Part shown: piece by piece, positions 32,420 through 42,206 of the stretch
Numbering within the stretch: the first letter of the stretch is position 1
How the letters are laid out: every line of letters starts with the position of its first letter
Assembly: GCA_902500055.1 (NCBI GenBank)
Contig: GCA_902500055.1_4131.1
From: Escherichia coli
GTDB taxonomy: Bacteria > Pseudomonadota > Gammaproteobacteria > Enterobacterales > Enterobacteriaceae
Direction: 5' to 3' (one strand)
Length of the DNA stretch: 64,000 bases
Translations under genes and position numbers: made by a program
Notes under the pieces: generated by a model
What the model saw: the letters and a program-made list of their open reading frames with translations, nothing else
What the model was told of the DNA's origin: nothing
The model's database searches: none

Positions 32420-32860
32420 TTAATTGAACTCTACTTCTGGGTAATGATTATAGAACATCTCACGAACTGCGTCAAGATGTTCTTGAAATTGTTTTATATC
32501 TTCTAATGATGGTGCATCAATAACAGTACTAAGTTGAAACAACGATTCTTCTGTGTTATATAGTGACATATCAAATGAGTTATTGTTGTCATCAGTTATG
32601 ATATTATCACAAATTTCGTAAGTGTCAATACAAACATCATCAAGTGTTGTATTATCATATACAGTGTATACGAATACAAAAATAAAAGAAGAATGTTCTT
32701 TACCATAACGCGGTGGGTCATATGTCACATAGCATTTGTGGTCAAATGTATCGAGTTCCATAGACACCACCCCAGCTTCACGATATTCATTAGTTTCACT
32801 GGTAAGATCCGGTATTGATGTTATCGAAAGTAAGTGGAGAAATTTACTTGGATTTAGCAT
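32420..32860 (-). CDS. EExFQxST-motif paralog family protein
   Basis: C-proximal TEESLFQLSTVIDAPSLEDI. Confidence 0.55.
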   Translation of the reverse strand: MLNPSKFLHLLSITSIPDLTSETNEYREAGVVSMELDTFDHKCYVTYDPPRYGKEHSSFIFVFVYTVYDNTTLDDVCIDTYEICDNIITDDNNNSFDMSLYNTEESLFQLSTVIDAPSLEDIKQFQEHLDAVREMFYNHYPEVEFN

Positions 32861-33315
32861 TTCACCACCATTGGATTTTGCGACTGTATATTAAAAAGGG
32901 ATAATACAAAAGTACTCAATTTTTCGAAACAATCTACTAATACATTTAACTCATCATAACTAACACCAATTTCACGAATAAGCGATTGTTGAAAGAATCC
33001 TTCTTCGGTTAACGTTAAACTACTAACCTCAGTTATGTTATAATAACTGTGGGATGTTGTGGTTGATATTAGTTGTATTGCAATCGTATCTGATGTTGTG
33101 TTGTACAGATATAAATATTTTGTTTTTCTTTCCAATGGATCTATACATGAAAGATCGATCATGTCATAGGTTTTTCCAATAAAAATATTACAATCATCTG
33201 ACAATTCACAACAAATGCGTATATGTTCTTTCGGGTCATGAACACGTTGTGTGTCAAATTCACATGACATTGCAATTTCAAAATGATTTTTTATTTCGTC
33301 AACATTCATCTGCAC
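32854..33315 (-). CDS. EExFQxST-motif paralog family protein
   Basis: C-proximal TEEGFFQQSLIREIGVSYDEL. Confidence 0.55.
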   Translation of the reverse strand: MQMNVDEIKNHFEIAMSCEFDTQRVHDPKEHIRICCELSDDCNIFIGKTYDMIDLSCIDPLERKTKYLYLYNTTSDTIAIQLISTTTSHSYYNITEVSSLTLTEEGFFQQSLIREIGVSYDELNVLVDCFEKLSTFVLSLFNIQSQNPMVVKC

Positions 33316-33683
33316 CCACCATTAATTCTTATATTTGTATAGTTTAATGCTTTTTTAATAATACCAATTTCTGTAATTCCTATTACATTTTTCTCAATCA
33401 ATGACAATTGGAATAGTTCCTCTTCGGAAATATCAATACTGTGGATTCTTGTACAATAATCGTTGAAGTCATATACATATCGTATTGTATAGTCGTTTAT
33501 AGAAACTGATACAATTGCAATCCCATCATGGATGTAAGTTAGTTCATTTGAGTATCTATTAAAAATTAACCTATCTGGTGAACCTATTGGTAGTTGAAAT
33601 GTATTTCTAGTATCTTGAACAATAACAAAATCATCATCTATATTTCTACTCAGAACACCCAAAATATCATATATAGTAGTCAT
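33306..33683 (-). CDS. EExFQxST-motif paralog family protein
   Basis: C-proximal SEEELFQLSLIEKNVIGITEI. Confidence 0.55.
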   Translation of the reverse strand: MTTIYDILGVLSRNIDDDFVIVQDTRNTFQLPIGSPDRLIFNRYSNELTYIHDGIAIVSVSINDYTIRYVYDFNDYCTRIHSIDISEEELFQLSLIEKNVIGITEIGIIKKALNYTNIRINGGCR

Positions 33684-33684
33684 G

Positions 33685-34089
33685 TTATTCTTTACCTTCA
33701 GCAGTTCTGATAATTTTCATAACTTCTCTGGATAGTGCGTATATTTTTTTATAGTACTCAAATGTAACTGAACCAAAATCATTAATAGTACTAGCCATGA
33801 AGAACGATTCTTCTGTATATAGTTCATTTGACAAAGCAACCAGTTCTTGGTGAAATTTTGCGTCCTTCCAATAACGAAATTCAAAAACAAATTGTCCGTC
33901 ATGACCGACTCTACAACATTCAGAACGATCACTGTCTACACAGCTAAACACAATATCCCTTTCAGAGTCGTACCAGATATTTCCAATATTTGTTTCAATA
34001 ACAGCATAATCAATTTTTTTAGAATTTGGAATTAAACCTTTTTTCACCAGCACTAAACTGGTATTATCAATATCTAGTAAACTTACCAT
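33685..34089 (-). CDS. EExFQxST-motif paralog family protein
   Basis: C-proximal TEESFFMASTINDFGSVTFEY. Confidence 0.55.
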   Translation of the reverse strand: MVSLLDIDNTSLVLVKKGLIPNSKKIDYAVIETNIGNIWYDSERDIVFSCVDSDRSECCRVGHDGQFVFEFRYWKDAKFHQELVALSNELYTEESFFMASTINDFGSVTFEYYKKIYALSREVMKIIRTAEGKE

Positions 34090-34090
34090 A

Positions 34091-34501
34091 TCAATTCCCC
34101 ATTACTAAAGTGTTTTTAATCTCCAACAATTCACTATACATATTCTTCAATTGTAATATATCTTCAAAAGTAATACCACCAAGATCATCAACTAATGAAC
34201 GTTGGAATAAAGATTCACTTGTTTGTAATGTATCTAAATCGGTGATTTTTAATAAAGAACTTGGATTAAGTGTTTCGACTAGTAGTATGTTTTTGTATGG
34301 TACATATGTGATCTTGATGTTCTTTTTATAATTAATCTTATAAAATCGCATAATTGACGATTCATCACTTAGTTGGATAATTGGGTCGTCTTGATCATTA
34401 GACCACCATACAGTACTAGTCATATGATTGACGTGGTGGTTCAATTCTGATATGTCCAAATCTAAAAAATATTTTAGTTCATTGTGTAAATCTAAACTCA
34501 T
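34091..34501 (-). CDS. EExFQxST-motif paralog family protein
   Basis: C-proximal TSESLFQRSLVDDLGGITFEDI. Confidence 0.55.
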   Translation of the reverse strand: MSLDLHNELKYFLDLDISELNHHVNHMTSTVWWSNDQDDPIIQLSDESSIMRFYKINYKKNIKITYVPYKNILLVETLNPSSLLKITDLDTLQTSESLFQRSLVDDLGGITFEDILQLKNMYSELLEIKNTLVMGN

Positions 34502-34556
34502 AAATTTATCCTCAATGCAGCATCATCATGTATTGTAGGATAAACCCACAATAATG

Positions 34557-34952
34557 TCAAGATGTGAAATAATTATACCAGTAATATAGTTCTTTTAATT
34601 CTTCAGTACTGAACAATACTTCTTCTATTGTAGATTGTTGAAAGTGATATTCATCATTTAGATACATAGAAATATTACTATATACTTTCCTATTGTATTG
34701 ACATAAAAAAGAAGTTTTTTGATTAATGTATTCCGTAAATGTTAATTTATCTAACTCAATATCGAATGATAATTTAATAATATGACTATTATCATTTACA
34801 TACATTAGTTTCTTTGAAAAATGATCAATTGTAATATATTCTTTATGAGAGAACTGAAATATATTATTAAATTTATTACCATTTGTGCTTCTAAATTTTT
34901 CAAGGTAATAAGAAAGTGGTTTAATTATTGAAGTTCCAATATTGTTCTTCAT
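34557..34952 (-). CDS. EExFQxST-motif paralog family protein
   Basis: C-proximal NDEYHFQQSTIEEVLFSTEEL. Confidence 0.55.
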   Translation of the reverse strand: MKNNIGTSIIKPLSYYLEKFRSTNGNKFNNIFQFSHKEYITIDHFSKKLMYVNDNSHIIKLSFDIELDKLTFTEYINQKTSFLCQYNRKVYSNISMYLNDEYHFQQSTIEEVLFSTEELKELYYWYNYFTS

Positions 34953-34973
34953 ATATCCTCAATTTTAGATAAG

Positions 34974-34996
34974 AAAAATGCCCCGAAGATCGGGGC
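34974..34996 (-). terminator. rho-independent terminator
   Basis: gccccga-aga-tcggggc hairpin followed by TTTTT on the minus strand. Confidence 0.6.
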
Positions 34997-35112
34997 AGTA
35001 CTAAAATGATTTTGTACCAAAAGGGGAATAAGAACAAAATGAAAATATAATAACGCATCATTATTATGTAAGGGAGGAAAGTAACATGATATGTTAACCA
35101 TTTCTGGTATAT

Positions 35113-35664
35113 TTATTTATCATTTAATTCTTTAAGTTGGGTTTGTATATCTTTAGTTATATTTCGAATTTTCTTAAAGCAATAAACACTATCGTCCAAT
35201 TCGATTTTAAGTTCATGTGTAAATGCATACAGAAGTTCAGCAAATACTAAATCTTGACGCATCCAGTTTCCATCTTTATATAAAGTCATTACACAATATG
35301 GGCATTCACTATTAGAAGTTTGCTTTCCAATAAAAACACTTTGAATTGATTCATGCTTAAAGCCAATAAAACTTTCATTTATTTTTTTAATTTCAGTACT
35401 GATATCGAATTTAGCACTGGTGTTGATTGCAAAAATTTTATTTCCACTTTCATCAGTATTGATGTTGAGTTCAATATCACTACCTAGTTTACGTACTGCT
35501 AGAGTATAAAGAAGTAATTCATACATGTCGTAACTTGTTACATTACCATTTGGTGCAATTACATCAACACTAACACCGTGCATTTTTACTTCTGTATTAA
35601 ATCCATCTTTATCAGAAAGAAAATCAGTGATTTGCTTTGTAAGGATTTTAATTTGGTCTATCAT
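35113..35664 (-). CDS. hypothetical protein
   Basis: 183 aa ORF. Confidence 0.55.
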   Translation of the reverse strand: MIDQIKILTKQITDFLSDKDGFNTEVKMHGVSVDVIAPNGNVTSYDMYELLLYTLAVRKLGSDIELNINTDESGNKIFAINTSAKFDISTEIKKINESFIGFKHESIQSVFIGKQTSNSECPYCVMTLYKDGNWMRQDLVFAELLYAFTHELKIELDDSVYCFKKIRNITKDIQTQLKELNDK

Positions 35665-35684
35665 ATTTCATTTCCTTATGTGAT

Positions 35685-35709
35685 AAAAGCCTCCATGATG
35701 GAGGCTTTT
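35685..35709 (-). terminator. rho-independent terminator
   Basis: aaaagcctccat-ga-tggaggctttt hairpin with flanking A/T runs. Confidence 0.65.
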
Positions 35710-35717
35710 ATATTTAC

Positions 35718-36146
35718 TTAGAGAGATTCTTCGTATTCAGCAACAATCTCAACCATTTCATTAATGAACTTGATGTGAGAATGTGTCACTGTACGGAAGT
35801 CGTAAACAAGTGACTGTTGGAAAAATACATCTTCATCAAGAGAACCATCAAAGTTCAAATCAATGTTTTCATCGTCATTGCTTGGTGCAACTTTAATATT
35901 CAGAAGATTTTCATCAACTGCAAGTTTTACAACACAACCCAGTGCAATGGCAAGAACATATGCTGGTTTCTTAGCTTTTTCATTACGGAATGGTGCACGT
36001 AGAGCACAAAAAGTACTGCTAATCTCATCATTTGGTTCTTTGTATTTAACATTGACCATTAGTTCTTCGATTTTGACGCTCTCAATAACACGACCAGTTT
36101 CTGGAGCGAAGAAAGAATGTTCACGGATAGTTTGTTCGATATTCAT
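35718..36146 (-). CDS. EExFQxST-motif paralog family protein
   Basis: C-proximal DEDVFFQQSLVYDFRTVTHSHI. Confidence 0.55.
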   Translation of the reverse strand: MNIEQTIREHSFFAPETGRVIESVKIEELMVNVKYKEPNDEISSTFCALRAPFRNEKAKKPAYVLAIALGCVVKLAVDENLLNIKVAPSNDDENIDLNFDGSLDEDVFFQQSLVYDFRTVTHSHIKFINEMVEIVAEYEESL

Positions 36147-36149
36147 ATA

Positions 36150-36344
36150 TTATTCCTTATTTAGATTGCTAAAAATACGAAGATTGCGGTTTGCTTTAAA
36201 CTGTTTCAAATCACCAAATCTATCATCAACGATGAAAGTTGCTGATTTCTTTGACTGACATATTGTACAAATCAACATACCTTGTATTGTATACTCAGTT
36301 GAGCAATTTGTACAGTACTTTTTTTCATAAAGTTCAGTACTCAT
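36150..36344 (-). CDS. hypothetical zinc-ribbon protein
   Basis: CTNC...CTIC paired CxxC motifs. Confidence 0.45.
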   Translation of the reverse strand: MSTELYEKKYCTNCSTEYTIQGMLICTICQSKKSATFIVDDRFGDLKQFKANRNLRIFSNLNKE

Positions 36345-36676
36345 AAAACCTTCACATCAGTACGTTTTTCTCTTTGTTCTTTTTTAACCTCATCAGTTCT
36401 AGTATCTTCTAATTGTAACACAACTTCTTTTAGAATGTCAACATCAATTGTTGCTTCTACATATTGATAGTCGTTTACACCAAAAACATACTTTACTGCA
36501 ACCCATACACGGTTATACCATTTTAAAAAAGGATTTAAACGCATACTTATCAGACATTGACCAAGTTTATCATCTCCATATTCCTCTGTCAAGTCAAATT
36601 GTGCAATGTGAACGCAATGCTCCATTTTATCGCCACAAGAACAACGTAAAATATACTCTTTACTATCTTCACTCAT
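36341..36676 (-). CDS. hypothetical Cys-rich protein
   Basis: CSCGDKMEHCVH motif. Confidence 0.5.
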   Translation of the reverse strand: MSEDSKEYILRCSCGDKMEHCVHIAQFDLTEEYGDDKLGQCLISMRLNPFLKWYNRVWVAVKYVFGVNDYQYVEATIDVDILKEVVLQLEDTRTDEVKKEQREKRTDVKVL

Positions 36677-37095
36677 ACTGGATAAGCCTTTAAAAATTGT
36701 TTAAGAACTCCAAACTTAGATGAATCGTAATCGTATTGATAGTTAAGCTCTCGCTTATCATTCATACGATACACCATATGAAAATTTGGATAACCAATTC
36801 TAACAGGTTTTTTAGGATTAGCAAGTAAAATTGCCCATTCTTTTACAGGAAATACGTTTTCAGACAGCATTTTGATATTTGTTTCAAAATACTTCATGGC
36901 TTGCTTTCCGTGCTTGTAATCTTCTTCACTAATCTCTTGACAATCAATTCTATGTGTTTCGGTATCTAACACCCATTGTTGATCTTCGGTATATAAATCA
37001 ATTACATCATCAATAGTATAACTATCAGGTAAATCATAAAATACCCAATGAGATAAACCAGAACTTACACCAATTCGAATTTTAAAGAACTTCAT
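36673..37095 (-). CDS. hypothetical protein
   Basis: 140 aa ORF. Confidence 0.5.
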   Translation of the reverse strand: MKFFKIRIGVSSGLSHWVFYDLPDSYTIDDVIDLYTEDQQWVLDTETHRIDCQEISEEDYKHGKQAMKYFETNIKMLSENVFPVKEWAILLANPKKPVRIGYPNFHMVYRMNDKRELNYQYDYDSSKFGVLKQFLKAYPV

Positions 37096-37253
37096 TCTTT
37101 ATCACCTTTTACATAATTATAACACACGACACAGTGAATTACAAGAAGAATTATTTCCACAATATTAAGAGACAATACATGACTCTGCGGTGTGAAAAGT
37201 GCCAATAACAACATTATAGCAGGTATTGTGAATATTTTCCAAGTTTTTTTCAT
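37092..37253 (-). CDS. hypothetical small membrane protein
   Basis: Start trimmed to internal Met (MKKTWKIFTIPAIMLLLALF) so it abuts rather than overlaps the upstream gene. Confidence 0.35.
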   Translation of the reverse strand: MKKTWKIFTIPAIMLLLALFTPQSHVLSLNIVEIILLVIHCVVCYNYVKGDKE

Positions 37254-37254
37254 T

Positions 37255-37485
37255 TTATTCCTTTGTATATGCATATGGTAAAAATAAAACCTCTGCATTA
37301 GGAATGCATTGTGCCAATCCTTCAACAATAGATTTGTTTTTATTACATTGCCAAACTTTAGTAATTTTATGTCTAAATACTTTTTTATCAACGACAATCC
37401 AGTACATGTCCATTTTAACAGTACTGTTATCAGATGGTGTTAGTAAAGTATCGATGTCATATGTATCAAAGATTTTGTCGTTCAT
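37255..37485 (-). CDS. hypothetical protein
   Basis: 76 aa ORF. Confidence 0.4.
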   Translation of the reverse strand: MNDKIFDTYDIDTLLTPSDNSTVKMDMYWIVVDKKVFRHKITKVWQCNKNKSIVEGLAQCIPNAEVLFLPYAYTKE

Positions 37486-37747
37486 ATAATCTCCTAATAA
37501 AATATTCTCGATTCTCTCTTATATACCCAGATACACAGTTAGTTGTGGCTTGGTTAGTGAATGAAATCTCACTATTGGACACGCCATTTGCATCACACAA
37601 AGGACATATTCCCATGTACTTGGGGGTCGGGTAGGTGTCCAATTTGTATTTTCCATTACATACCATGTACTGCTGTGGCAATACATCTAATATTATTTCA
37701 TATTCTTCATCAAACACCTTGAAGCATACCCAACATTTACCCATCAT
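37466..37747 (-). CDS. hypothetical zinc-binding protein
   Basis: CWVC...CNGK...CPLC cysteine pairs. Confidence 0.45.
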   Translation of the reverse strand: MMGKCWVCFKVFDEEYEIILDVLPQQYMVCNGKYKLDTYPTPKYMGICPLCDANGVSNSEISFTNQATTNCVSGYIRENREYFIRRLYERQNL

Positions 37748-38228
37748 AGTTTTCCTTTAACACAGTTCTTATATATTCGAATGTTTTAACAAACCAATCA
37801 TGTTCGTCGGATACATCTACAACTTTACCACCATATACATAGTAATGGTAAAAAGGCAACTTGCTTTTTCTTAATCTTTCGGCTAACTCTGGATTTTGAA
37901 TTATTTTAGCACAAATAGCATCTTGAATAATAGAAATACAATCATCCGTCATTTCAATTCGATCATGCATATATTTGTTAGCGGCTGCTTTTGCTGCTGC
38001 ACCAGATACTTTTCTAAGGTCATCATGTTTTTGCCCAGTTAAAAACCAAAAGTAAAATGTTTCAACTGAAGGGAACCAACCATATGGTTCAAGTGTGAAG
38101 CTATGCGAAGAAAAGTTAGATAGATCTCTACCTAACTTCGTTCTGGCTTTACTATAAATGTTAATATGTCGGTATCCATCATCAGTAGGGTCAATGAAGT
38201 TAAATGACTCTTCTGGGAATTCAAACAT
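37737..38228 (-). CDS. NADAR-domain (YbiA-like) protein
   Basis: HINIYSKARTKLGRDLSNFSSHSF...SVETFYFWFL resembles the YbiA pattern FYS...FSNF...TSEHYFQ. Confidence 0.45.
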   Translation of the reverse strand: MFEFPEESFNFIDPTDDGYRHINIYSKARTKLGRDLSNFSSHSFTLEPYGWFPSVETFYFWFLTGQKHDDLRKVSGAAAKAAANKYMHDRIEMTDDCISIIQDAICAKIIQNPELAERLRKSKLPFYHYYVYGGKVVDVSDEHDWFVKTFEYIRTVLKENYDG

Positions 38229-38230
38229 AA

Positions 38231-38584
38231 TTATTCTTCTTCTCCTGAAGGTGTTCCACGTAGTTTATCAAAATCAACCCAAATACCATGCTGGTTTTTA
38301 AATCGACATTTCTCATAGTACCAACTATAGTCTGTTTCAACACCTTGTGAAATAGAACGCACACTACAATCATACATATTATATAAATGTTCCCTGACAA
38401 TATATGTATTAATCAGTACAACGAATAATACAATAATACCACAGATTTTAGGATGGTCCATAATCAAGTCAAGTACTGAACTAGTTTCAGAACTATCAAT
38501 CTTACTTCTACAAATAGCAACAATTTTAAGAACAGAGAATGATACCAGTAATGAAATTACAATAACACTTAAATAAATTAGCAT
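38231..38584 (-). CDS. hypothetical membrane protein
   Basis: Two hydrophobic segments. Confidence 0.5.
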   Translation of the reverse strand: MLIYLSVIVISLLVSFSVLKIVAICRSKIDSSETSSVLDLIMDHPKICGIIVLFVVLINTYIVREHLYNMYDCSVRSISQGVETDYSWYYEKCRFKNQHGIWVDFDKLRGTPSGEEE

Positions 38585-38587
38585 AAA

Positions 38588-39169
38588 TTACACTCCTACA
38601 CCAAAACGTAAAATAATATTATTAACAAACACTAAATCAAAAGGTGACTTTGGTTCAGATACTGAGTACTGAAATGATTCTGCTGCGAAATTTTCTCTAT
38701 TATACCATGTTTCAGAATTTATTAGCATTTTTTTATCACCAATCGTCACTGAATGTAATGGAACATTTGAAGAAGAATTTATTGAATATGCATTAAGATT
38801 ACCGTTTTCATCTAATGTGATACTAAGATAATATTTTTTCTCAATATCAGGAATAAGTTCTTTTGTATACGAATAGATTGAATCAACCCATTCATCATGT
38901 ACATTTTCTGCACCAATCAGGTGTCCGAATGATAAATTACGTTTAACTGGCTTTGATCCTGGTCGAGTTAGAATGAATTGTTTTGTTAAGTAAAAATTAT
39001 TATGTTTTACTTCAATATTAACATTTTTAAAATTCACCACTTTATCATATACATTTCGAAAAACTGTTATATCCCAAGTACTAATTTCATCCATAATACT
39101 TATCACCAGTTCTTCTAGTTCTTGTATAAATGGCAAATCATCTTGATGAAATCTAGTCATGGTTTTCAT
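38588..39169 (-). CDS. hypothetical protein
   Basis: 193 aa ORF. Confidence 0.55.
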   Translation of the reverse strand: MKTMTRFHQDDLPFIQELEELVISIMDEISTWDITVFRNVYDKVVNFKNVNIEVKHNNFYLTKQFILTRPGSKPVKRNLSFGHLIGAENVHDEWVDSIYSYTKELIPDIEKKYYLSITLDENGNLNAYSINSSSNVPLHSVTIGDKKMLINSETWYNRENFAAESFQYSVSEPKSPFDLVFVNNIILRFGVGV

Positions 39170-39770
39170 ATACCTTTTTCAAATTCATAATTTCAAGAAT
39201 GCTGTATTCTTTATCACCAATCAAATCTTCAGTGAATGCAGTGGGGTCGGCATCGCTATACAACTTACCATTGATGATAACACAACCATTACTAAGATAC
39301 AATGCACTCATGATCTGTTGTCCTTCTTTCACATTTTGTGCTAGACCTGTATTTGTTACTACAAATCCATTTGTTGCTAATGATGATGTTAGTTCTGACC
39401 ATTCAACTGATATTAAGTCGCGATAGTCCTTAGATACTTTTATATTCACAATACAAGCAACTCGTTTAATAGGTGGAGTGCTAATCGTGTACATTTGTGG
39501 TTGTTGGTAATTAGAGTTGTATGTTTGTGGTGTTTTAACAGCAGTTCCTGAATTTTGAGTTGATTTGGTAATTACTGGTTCTACACTGGGGACTGTTGTT
39601 CTTAGTGATATAATACGTCCAGTTTCATCCAATTTAAGGACTAAACGATGAGTTTCATCCTCAGAGTAATAGGGAAACAAGCCACCGGAATTCATATTTT
39701 GAAGCATTTTAATTAATTCATAAGTATTTTTTAAAAACATAGTACACCCCATAGAAAAGGGGGAGTACAA
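39153..39770 (-). CDS. hypothetical protein
   Basis: 205 aa ORF. Confidence 0.55.
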   Translation of the reverse strand: MYSPFSMGCTMFLKNTYELIKMLQNMNSGGLFPYYSEDETHRLVLKLDETGRIISLRTTVPSVEPVITKSTQNSGTAVKTPQTYNSNYQQPQMYTISTPPIKRVACIVNIKVSKDYRDLISVEWSELTSSLATNGFVVTNTGLAQNVKEGQQIMSALYLSNGCVIINGKLYSDADPTAFTEDLIGDKEYSILEIMNLKKVYENHD

Positions 39771-39788
39771 AGTACTCCCAACATTTAA

Positions 39789-40343
39789 TTATAGTTTAAT
39801 TGATTCTTGAATACCAGTATCCATTGCTTTCTTGGTACGTGTATCAGATACTACTGTACAAAGGTGTTCAATATTTTCACTTGGAAACGTATTCGAATCA
39901 AGAATTTTGGAATTCCAGAAGCCTTTGCGGAACTTAGCATAATCAGTACACTGGTCAATTTTCATTTTCTGAAGATTGTTGAACTTTGTACGTCCTGTTT
40001 CAATTGTCACCATCAATTCCTGATAAATTTTAGGATCAAGATTTGGAACCTGTTGTTGAATCTGTGACATTACAAACTTCTGGTCAACACCTTCACGCCC
40101 TTTAAAGTATGATTCAATCGTTTCTTTCAACGCATCTTTATACTTATCGGCTACTTGAACCTTATCTTGAATAGTAAGAGTATAATTGCTAAGTTGACTT
40201 TCTGATGCATCATAATACTTTTTAATGTTTCCTTCAAACTCAACTGCACGATCATGTGCACCAACATACATACTAATAGAACCAAACACCATTAGTACGA
40301 TAACTACCAAAATACCAATTAACGCAAGGAGTTTACCATTCAT
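39789..40343 (-). CDS. LemA-like membrane protein (tentative)
   Basis: N-terminal TM plus C-terminal IETGRTKFNNLQKMKIDQCTDYAKFRKGFWNS resembling the LemA C-terminal region. Confidence 0.4.
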   Translation of the reverse strand: MNGKLLALIGILVVIVLMVFGSISMYVGAHDRAVEFEGNIKKYYDASESQLSNYTLTIQDKVQVADKYKDALKETIESYFKGREGVDQKFVMSQIQQQVPNLDPKIYQELMVTIETGRTKFNNLQKMKIDQCTDYAKFRKGFWNSKILDSNTFPSENIEHLCTVVSDTRTKKAMDTGIQESIKL

Positions 40344-41434
40344 AAATCGTTATCCCTCATATAAAGGCCAATGAAAATAGACAGAATCAACAACACAATG
40401 GAAGCACCGATAAGAACATCTTTTCTAGGTTCCATTTTTACTGACAAGTACTCAAACTCTTTATTAGAGAGTCTCTCAAAATGTTTGTCAATATTATGTA
40501 CTTCTTTAACTAGTAAGTCAAGAGTTAATTTTTCATTTAATGCATCAATACGCATCTTTGCATGTAACTCTTCATTCTTCATTCCTTGTGCAAATGATGT
40601 ACTGTAAAATTTGACAACGTTACCATCATTGTCAATACCAAAGAACATAATAACATCATTCTTCTTACCACCACGCCACGATGCAAGGGTAGCATCAACA
40701 AAATCCACATCTTTGTAATCATAAACTAGTACTTGGATGTTTACCTGCTTTCGTGCACCCATCGTTTTTAGCTCATTACGAAGGTATTCATCGTAACCAT
40801 CAACGTTGTAATTTGTAGTGTTAATTACGTGATGTGTTTTGTAATAATCAACTACACTTGGGTATTCTGGAATAGTACTAAGATACTTTTCATCATACAT
40901 GTTGTGTAGTTCTTCAGGACTAAACAATGAGTTCTTATCAGCAAATAGATAGTTGATATATGAACTCTCTGCGGCGGCATAGTCACCAATCATAACTTGC
41001 TGCCAACGTGGTGGTGTCATTGTACCTTGACGGTTCACACGTTCAATCTCAAACTCACCTACTGTACTTTTCACATACCAATCAACTTCATATGAGTAAT
41101 CAAAAACCTTATATGATTCACACTCACGATGTGATTTACCTTTACTATCATATCGCGTATGGCACTTCTCATGCCATGTATAGTGCTTACATGAACTAGA
41201 TTGTGTGCAATATTCTTTGTGGCTGTATTTTGAAGTTACTTGACCATTCAGAATCTCAACATCATAAAGCTGGCTATAGTTGATTGCGTATGAAATACCA
41301 AGAACAAGAGCCGCACCAACCAGACAACAACCAATATGAATCAATAGTTCTTTAGTACTGATATGCTTATCGTACATGTATTTCATAACGAATACAACGA
41401 TAAGAGCAGGTATTAACAGAATAATGAAATTCAT
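40340..41434 (-). CDS. hypothetical membrane protein with N- and C-terminal TM segments
   Basis: TM helices at both ends flanking a Cys/His-rich extracytoplasmic domain. Confidence 0.55.
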   Translation of the reverse strand: MNFIILLIPALIVVFVMKYMYDKHISTKELLIHIGCCLVGAALVLGISYAINYSQLYDVEILNGQVTSKYSHKEYCTQSSSCKHYTWHEKCHTRYDSKGKSHRECESYKVFDYSYEVDWYVKSTVGEFEIERVNRQGTMTPPRWQQVMIGDYAAAESSYINYLFADKNSLFSPEELHNMYDEKYLSTIPEYPSVVDYYKTHHVINTTNYNVDGYDEYLRNELKTMGARKQVNIQVLVYDYKDVDFVDATLASWRGGKKNDVIMFFGIDNDGNVVKFYSTSFAQGMKNEELHAKMRIDALNEKLTLDLLVKEVHNIDKHFERLSNKEFEYLSVKMEPRKDVLIGASIVLLILSIFIGLYMRDNDL

Positions 41435-41437
41435 GTA

Positions 41438-42127
41438 TTAATCCATTTTAAGCTTGTTTAGACAGAATGAAATCTGGATTGCTTCACGTGCTGCATCAAA
41501 CAGTGGGTGATGTAACTCCAACCCATTAATCCCACACGTATTTGCATATGTGATAAATTTATCCAACTGTACCGAAACGATTTCATCCATTTCAATACGA
41601 GCTTCTTCATTCAATAAACGTTTCAATGTGCGTGCATTTTCAGGTGCATCATACTTCCACAACTCACCAGCGTTCATTAGTTTTAAATGGTTTGCTTGTA
41701 AAATACTACAATCGAAGTTACATCCGTTGCCCCAGACTGAATGAGGAACTTCTTCACCATAATCATTGTAACGTAATTCTTTCCAGAAATCAACAATACT
41801 ACTGTATGCAAAAAATCGTCGTGATTGACCATTCGGTCCATACAGTTCAGGTGCTTTGAGTTTCATAGTACTGGCAACTTCAGAATATGCATTAGGGTAT
41901 TCTTTCTGACATGTATTCATCCAAAAATCCATTGCACCTGCGTCTGATTTTAAACCAGCAGCAACTTGATCCTGGTATGGTAATTTAATATATAAGAACT
42001 GACGAATGTCATTTTCAGGTTTACTTGGAACTACTACTGCTGCGTAATTTGGGATAATAATATCATAACCGGAAAGTTCAGGTGTTCCAAGAGCTTCAAT
42101 ATCAACACTAATATGACGACGTTTCAT
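41438..42127 (-). CDS. dexA: DEDD-family 3'-5' exonuclease (DexA-like)
   Basis: Exo I-like ISVDIEALGT and Exo III-like HHPLFDAAREA; size matches T4 DexA. Confidence 0.6.
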   Translation of the reverse strand: MKRRHISVDIEALGTPELSGYDIIIPNYAAVVVPSKPENDIRQFLYIKLPYQDQVAAGLKSDAGAMDFWMNTCQKEYPNAYSEVASTMKLKAPELYGPNGQSRRFFAYSSIVDFWKELRYNDYGEEVPHSVWGNGCNFDCSILQANHLKLMNAGELWKYDAPENARTLKRLLNEEARIEMDEIVSVQLDKFITYANTCGINGLELHHPLFDAAREAIQISFCLNKLKMD

Positions 42128-42149
42128 AAGTTAGTTCCTTATCTGTACA

Positions 42150-42193
42150 TTAAAAAGAGTGCGTTTTCAATAAGATTATATTAAAAACGCACT
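42150..42193 (-). terminator. hairpin terminator candidate
   Basis: 11-bp stem gagtgcgtttt/aaaacgcactc with a long loop, followed by TTTTT on the minus strand. Confidence 0.35.
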
Positions 42194-42206
42194 CATATGT
42201 CAACTA

